From Candidatus Omnitrophota bacterium (lineage in GTDB: Bacteria > Omnitrophota > Omnitrophia > Omnitrophales > Aquincolibacteriaceae), in assembly GCA_022705945.1 (NCBI GenBank), contig JAKJDL010000009.1, positions 1 to 63,914 on the forward strand: 63,914 nt of DNA, written 5' to 3'. This document shows, one piece after another, positions 59,701 through 63,914 of this stretch. The position numbers and the translations under genes were made by a program. The notes below the pieces were generated by a model that saw nothing but the letters and a program-made list of their open reading frames with translations, did no database searches and had not been told where the DNA came from. Position 1 is the stretch's first letter, and every line of letters begins with the position of its first letter.

Positions 59701-62700
59701 CGGTTCACCGGGGCCCCGGAGGCTCTTGAGATAGGCTAAAACAGCCTTTCCCATGTAACCGCCGTCATTTTCCGCAAAAAAAACAAGGTTACGTATGTGC
59801 GAAAGTTCAGGGTCATCCACAATCGCCTGAAGATGAGAAAGCCGATTCCGGTCGCCCCCCATAACCTGCATTATCACATCCAAAAGCCCCCCGTGGAATT
59901 TCGACTCAAGGACCGTATTCCACGTCCGGGCATCCAGTTCTTTCCTTCCGTTATACACGACCGGGTTGACCTCTTCAAGCCTGCCCGATTCAAGGTTTCT
60001 GAGGACCCCCCCCCGATTAACCACCAACTCGTAGAGGCCTGAAACTTCCCCTGAAATGCCGAGCACAGTCGATTCTTCCCTGTTTTCCTCCATCGAGTCC
60101 GCTGCTTTCTTGGCGGCCGCCAGCACATATTTTCTGATGAGCAACGGCTCCGAAGGCCCTTCGTAGTTATAAAGCTCCAACAGTTTTTTTGCTAACCGGT
60201 CGGGATTAAAGTTTTTGAACGAGAATCCTGAAGGATTCGTCCTGATCCGGTCAAGATTCACGCCCAATTCCGCCTCGCTCATGCGTGCTTTTGAACGGAT
60301 TTCCGAGCGGGTGCGGGCTTCCCGGCGGTCGGCGGAACCGGCGGCCCGCCCTTGAGAAGCCTGCTCTTCGAAGCGCTTGAGGAAGGCAAGATGCGATTCA
60401 GCAAGGCTGACAAGGCGGTAGGAAAGGCCCCATCGCTCAAATAATATGCCGGGCCGGCGCACGATTTCCCTAAAATCCATGTTCTTGGCGTTAATAACGA
60501 GAGTGCGGTCAACGCTTTTGGGCTTGTAATACATGCGATGTTTAACACTACCGTCATCTTGATCGTCCGCGAAACGGTAACCAATCCGGCCGGAGGCGCC
60601 ATCAAAAAGCTTGTCGCTGCCGATTCCCCGAGGATTAAAACGGACTTTCGGCGACGCACGGACACCGACGTCAAACAAGGCCCGGTCCAGCAATGTTCCC
60701 AAATACATCGCGCCCAGGTCATAAAGATCCATGGGGCGTCGAATATGCAAGATAATCATTGCGACGGCCAACAAAAATGTTATCGCTCCAAAAACAGCGC
60801 TGAGAATCGCGAAGCCCGCCAGCACCGAAAAGATCAATAACAACGCCGATGTGGCCGCGATAAGTGTCACTGTTGTTTTTCGCGCGTGGTTTTCTTTCAA
60901 AATTCTGGTGAGAGCACCCCCAAGCATGTTATCCATTCTCGCGGCATCATCAGGAAACCAGTAGACCGTCATCCCCTTGCCTCTTTGGGTATTGGTTTGC
61001 AAAGGAAGGTTTGTAAACTTTAAATCCTCCTGATTCGTCTCCATTTTGAACACCACTTTCAAAGTTTCCAGGACTCCCCTGACCACAGGAACGGTCGTGA
61101 GGACATCGGGGACATCGATCGCAACATGAAGCTTCCATCCTTGATGCTGGGAAAGGGGGTGGAAAAATCTCGCGGCATAACGCGGAACTGCCCATCCCCG
61201 AATTGTCACAAGACCCTTTCTGGCAACGTCTACGGGATCGCGTTCGACGGAAAGCATGCTTCCTTCTGAAAGATTTTTTAGGGTGAGACCGGAAGAATTA
61301 TAGGTCACTTCAATATTAATATTGGTGCCCGTGTCCCGGTAAGTATAGCTTTCTCCCTGAGCAAGAACGAATCGTTTCTTCGGACCAGTAATGGTTATTT
61401 GGGGATCCGATTTCGGATCTGATTTGTTAAAAGAAAAACTGAACGGCACCCCATTTAAGATGAGATAAGCCTCTTCAGAGGGGCTGATCACGTTGGGTCC
61501 GCTTTTACTAAACTCATATTTTTGATTTAGAAAATCGACCCTGTGGGTCACTCCAGGCGCCAGCTGCGCCACGCGCAGATCATCCGGCTTCGCGCGACGT
61601 TCCGCCCGCGCTTCCGAGCGAATTTCAGCGCGGGCAGCGTCCCCCGTTCGAGAGACGGTGAGACCGGCTGAACGGGTTTCAGAGCGTTCTTTCGCAATCG
61701 TTCTTTGCAACATTAACCTTCGGACCACGGCTTCATATTCTCCCTTCCCCGGGCGCAAGGTTCCGGCTCGCCAAAAGGGCCCGGTACGGGAAATACTCAT
61801 AATCTGATTTTGATCGTTCCAAACAATTTCATACATTTTTTCTTCCAAAGACAATTTTTCCGCCCTTAGACCAAGATGTCGATTCGGGATGACCTCAATA
61901 AAAACTTCGATAAACTCCATCTGTTCGGGCTCTATCGCTCCTACAATAGCCGCCTCCAAATGACTCCCTAGCGAATTCCAGTAAGTCATCCGGACGTTTC
62001 CTTTCTTATTGCCCCTTCCTGTGGGATTTAGAGTCATCAAAAGTCCCAAGCTTCCTTGTATCCCCTTAGTGTTCAGATCTTTCATTATCCGGGACACTTC
62101 CTCAGCCGTCCCAGCAACCCTGTATCTTTGAGCTTTCATAAACTTCCGTCCAAAGATCTCCCGGAGAATGCGTCCCAGCATTTTCAGCCCTGAAGTTTTC
62201 TGCCCGTATGCAGAATAGCGGGTGTAATGCTCCGCCCATTCTTTTTGCGGTGTCGCTGAGCGGACCTTCGGGTTCCGTCTCCCGGCAAAATGTCCAAGGG
62301 TCTCCCATAAACCGATCCCCTTGTTGATCTCCAATTCGCCCAAACTCGGGTCCTTATCTCCCTCCTCTAAAATTTTGATAATCTCATCCGGTTTCCCGTA
62401 AACCCCACGGTAAAGCGGTTGCGAACCTACCCGATATAGGCTCACAAGAATTAAATTCATGATCCCCGTATAGATGGCTACGGTCAGAAACGCTACTCCG
62501 GCGGTTATAACGCCTTGAGCTCCCAAGGACGCATCGTAAAAAAACTTGATCTGCGAAAGCTGATACATTTCCGCCAAGATCACGACCATGGAAATAGCGA
62601 TCGCAACGATCGGCGACATAAAACGATTCCAGGGATTTGGCTGAGCGAAAAAATCAAATGCCGCCTGCCGTGCGGCCTGCACGAAAATATACGCAGGGTG

Positions 62701-63912
62701 GTCCTCCTGCCGGTATAGAGCTGAAGCCTCCGCCGCCGGATCTTGTAGGGCCTCTCCCCCCCGTGCTTCCGAGCGGGTGCGGACTTCCCGGCGGTCGGCG
62801 GAACCGGTAACCTGCCCCGACCCTCGCATATCATCCGTACGGGCCGCGATCGTTTCCCTCACCGTTTCCCTCACCTTGTACGTGGCAATATAGCGTTTTA
62901 AAACATACCGATCTGACATGCGAATCATTTCAGGGAACCGATCGACCCAATCCGGATTTTGTTCAATAAAAAGCTCTGCGGCAACGTAGCCTTCCAAATG
63001 CCATCCGAGGTTATACACTTCACCCTCCCTCATCATCACAGTCACAGCGAGCCCCGCAACACCGGTCGTCGCCAATTCGAAAATAGCTCTTTGAAGCTGA
63101 TTCATTTCATACTTCATCCACTCACTCTCCCTGGCATAGTTTTCGGCTTCCTCGCTCCGGATGTAATCGCGAAATTCGATCATGGTCCGGAGGTAAAACA
63201 GCACATCCGCGGCAGGATGTCCGGTGATCTTATCGAAGCCCCGCAAGAGCAGACTGATCTTCGGAAGATCCTTTTCCAGAACCTCGACAAATTCACGGTA
63301 GACTATTCCGCCGCTTATAAAGCGCTTCCATGCCGGCAAAATCACGTTCTCGTAATAATGTTTCAGAACTGCTGCCCTCTTCGTGGCAAGCGAATCCAAA
63401 TCCGCCAACCTCTTCTGCGCGGCTGCTATACGCTCCTTTTCCTTGGCGATTGAGCGGATGATCCGCTGAAACTCTTCCGGATCAGACCACTTTCTCTGCA
63501 GCGCCCCCTGCAACAGGGATTCCTGGGGCGTTCCCTTGACAATCGCCTTCGCGTAGTTCTCTCCCAAACGGCCAAAAAACTCGTCGACCACACCCGTCTC
63601 GAAATCCCCCAACTTCCGCTGCCACCACTTTTTTTGTTTTTTCTTCATGAAGCCCCGAAGCCAATGGATCAACTCCTCACCCAGGATCGAAAGATCACCA
63701 AAGTGCTCCGGCAACAGCAGCAGGACGTTGCGATCATGAAAATAGGCCGAAGTCCCGAAACTCTGAGGTGCCACAGCCAGAACGGGTATTGGAAAAGAAA
63801 CACCCAGATCCTTTGTTATAAGATTGATGACATTGAGAACCTCCTCCCTAGGCCCTGGCGGTAAGAGGTCTGTATACAACTGCCGTTCGACAGCAGCGTT
63901 TTTCGGCTGGCG
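56728..63912 (-). CDS. Giant multi-module protein (5' end outside window; at least 2394 codons)
   Basis: The frame stays open from the track's TTG at 63879 to the window edge. Contains GNAT, class I SAM methyltransferase, LanKC/OspF-like lyase and TM modules separated by R-[SA]-E-x-R linkers; ends QASIQKAA. Confidence 0.9.
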   Translation of the reverse strand, partial: RQPKNAAVERQLYTDLLPPGPREEVLNVINLITKDLGVSFPIPVLAVAPQSFGTSAYFHDRNVLLLLPEHFGDLSILGEELIHWLRGFMKKKQKKWWQRKLGDFETGVVDEFFGRLGENYAKAIVKGTPQESLLQGALQRKWSDPEEFQRIIRSIAKEKERIAAAQKRLADLDSLATKRAAVLKHYYENVILPAWKRFISGGIVYREFVEVLEKDLPKISLLLRGFDKITGHPAADVLFYLRTMIEFRDYIRSEEAENYARESEWMKYEMNQLQRAIFELATTGVAGLAVTVMMREGEVYNLGWHLEGYVAAELFIEQNPDWVDRFPEMIRMSDRYVLKRYIATYKVRETVRETIAARTDDMRGSGQVTGSADRREVRTRSEARGGEALQDPAAEASALYRQEDHPAYIFVQAARQAAFDFFAQPNPWNRFMSPIVAIAISMVVILAEMYQLSQIKFFYDASLGAQGVITAGVAFLTVAIYTGIMNLILVSLYRVGSQPLYRGVYGKPDEIIKILEEGDKDPSLGELEINKGIGLWETLGHFAGRRNPKVRSATPQKEWAEHYTRYSAYGQKTSGLKMLGRILREIFGRKFMKAQRYRVAGTAEEVSRIMKDLNTKGIQGSLGLLMTLNPTGRGNKKGNVRMTYWNSLGSHLEAAIVGAIEPEQMEFIEVFIEVIPNRHLGLRAEKLSLEEKMYEIVWNDQNQIMSISRTGPFWRAGTLRPGKGEYEAVVRRLMLQRTIAKERSETRSAGLTVSRTGDAARAEIRSEARAERRAKPDDLRVAQLAPGVTHRVDFLNQKYEFSKSGPNVISPSEEAYLILNGVPFSFSFNKSDPKSDPQITITGPKKRFVLAQGESYTYRDTGTNINIEVTYNSSGLTLKNLSEGSMLSVERDPVDVARKGLVTIRGWAVPRYAARFFHPLSQHQGWKLHVAIDVPDVLTTVPVVRGVLETLKVVFKMETNQEDLKFTNLPLQTNTQRGKGMTVYWFPDDAARMDNMLGGALTRILKENHARKTTVTLIAATSALLLIFSVLAGFAILSAVFGAITFLLAVAMIILHIRRPMDLYDLGAMYLGTLLDRALFDVGVRASPKVRFNPRGIGSDKLFDGASGRIGYRFADDQDDGSVKHRMYYKPKSVDRTLVINAKNMDFREIVRRPGILFERWGLSYRLVSLAESHLAFLKRFEEQASQGRAAGSADRREARTRSEIRSKARMSEAELGVNLDRIRTNPSGFSFKNFNPDRLAKKLLELYNYEGPSEPLLIRKYVLAAAKKAADSMEENREESTVLGISGEVSGLYELVVNRGGVLRNLESGRLEEVNPVVYNGRKELDARTWNTVLESKFHGGLLDVIMQVMGGDRNRLSHLQAIVDDPELSHIRNLVFFAENDGGYMGKAVLAYLKSLRGPGEPELVMTEKGFSLKLRLEKVTDFLFNDKVWEVIEQEAGKHNRKLNQKRVENEINRWVRLKRKDLGPGEHFDVIISVSNAYSDEIAAMTELAGRSKTGKASPARSEARKTAEVPARTVNVEDRFPHMYYEKLFPAWATAELLANNPALEAFLKSQEQELAKIKRVRNEEQRRILSWKYLGTPAEQQDALNRSLRSLDASTHAQIMKIRTAIDVFRRTMTRSKTGSMPKYEVAEVNEGDPEIVRLRDDFGRGNALHMFGAAAYMGGDYKMLALRERNGPVLSFLTYKQLAKDHYELGLIFTAPEARGRRAGEHLFYQWLTKLTKVHKGDLRLETSELSEGPGGGEAFFRKLQKPMFLGSKAVQLKQRTRPWERLRVAKDDFLSGSDIAEIDEWEKSEEKLIPFIVGLIDLAKVDPARLARLVDETGETVARSEARMEAHEVTIEAGFKFSTTANINRKDLTQLAELQGHKGLRINSDGTLKFGDWRIFETSLKEVSDSFNQAGIDFVEDIMAKASAAKAEGKEGKIKIVDWGCGNARALMELDKTLKEKGLRDAVELIGFADMIAPEWKEASKLGIRLILDPSDNFSKHFEAGSIDILFSYSALHHLANQASYEPYTNYLKSLRPLLSPEGYLIHNRFGNRIAGPNYSVDDKKAIQDNLSKNYRVETWGDVLFLALPTGKAKPVEVQVLPGQAVPARSGQQGLRRAEVRVRGETAAQVAAGALDPSMPKGEMSPEQAGELVRAVKEMGIDKFVEQMMADAISKIESAAESQSRQPGSPVRVTDQMARDFIERISDGLRDFLRASDLKGNMTAVFDRAPDKNFLEALRAVRFGLETVVFPGDKAQRLNRNDLEGLIVQTVRSLATFNPVAAENRGAIPVISEDIGASYFENNPNLFGVGLDDDGSITGETFLEIAEHVTRIAAGIVYTRLKMEGKAPSPAEINAELCKLLFQLDAVARDEAVFSMNGRHLIVHRSALLAALQRTYQAQASIQKAA
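60301..62807 (-). repeat. 41-bp direct repeat pair (60301-60341 and 62767-62807) inside the giant gene
   Basis: TTCCGAGCGGGTGCGG(G/A)CTTCCCGGCGGTCGGCGGAACCGG, 40/41 identical, encoding GSADRRE(A/V)RTRSE. Confidence 0.95.
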
Positions 63913-63914
63913 GG

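Noticed and set aside
57586-62807. Linker repeats as a CRISPR array or tandem repeat
   Set aside because: They are in-frame coding motifs spaced about 0.8-1.3 kb apart, with no cas genes.
63877-63879. TTG 63879 as the true start of the giant gene
   Set aside because: The frame is open to the window edge and no RBS precedes it; the gene most likely starts outside the window.

Overview
High-GC bacterial chromosomal segment. Gene order and the giant R-S-E-x-R-linker protein suggest Candidatus Omnitrophota (PVC superphylum); this taxonomic call is inference. All recognisable genes but one (an M50 protease) are on the minus strand. In transcription order (right to left): the 3' part of a giant modular protein (at least 2394 codons, running off the window edge); thermonuclease; a truncated Mfd; surA-like PPIase, pdxA, rsmA; polyprenyl synthetase, rsmI; a small GIY-YIG pseudogene cassette; purN, eno, ftsB; an alpha/beta-hydrolase-like protein lacking its nucleophile; ilvB-ilvN-ilvC-leuA; aroE-pilD-aroC-aroK-aroB; ORF6N-dprA; a three-gene islet; topA-xerC; an LPS/Kdo cluster (waaA, lpxK, LpxL-ELM1 fusion, GT4-GT9 fusion, four GT9s, DUF3108, rfaE1, kdsB, pyrG, kdsA, kdsD, LpxL-like, lptC/A, lptB); and a regulatory PTS operon (hpf, EIIA, yvcK, ptsH, ptsI, PGI/PMI, nucleotidyltransferase). 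No rRNA, tRNA or CRISPR array was seen. Best candidate for an undescribed system: the giant protein, built from unrelated ~270-420 aa modules (EExxH domain, membrane module, LanKC/OspF-like lyase with an inserted TM hairpin, GNAT, SAM methyltransferase) joined by R-[SA]-E-[AIVT]-R linkers that are conserved at synonymous DNA positions, which suggests a shuffled effector polyprotein. Other highlights: a 14-bp inverted-repeat-flanked GIY-YIG cassette, a 47-bp palindrome in frame within rsmA, a minimal Mfd, and a CTP synthase with altered GTP-activation motifs.
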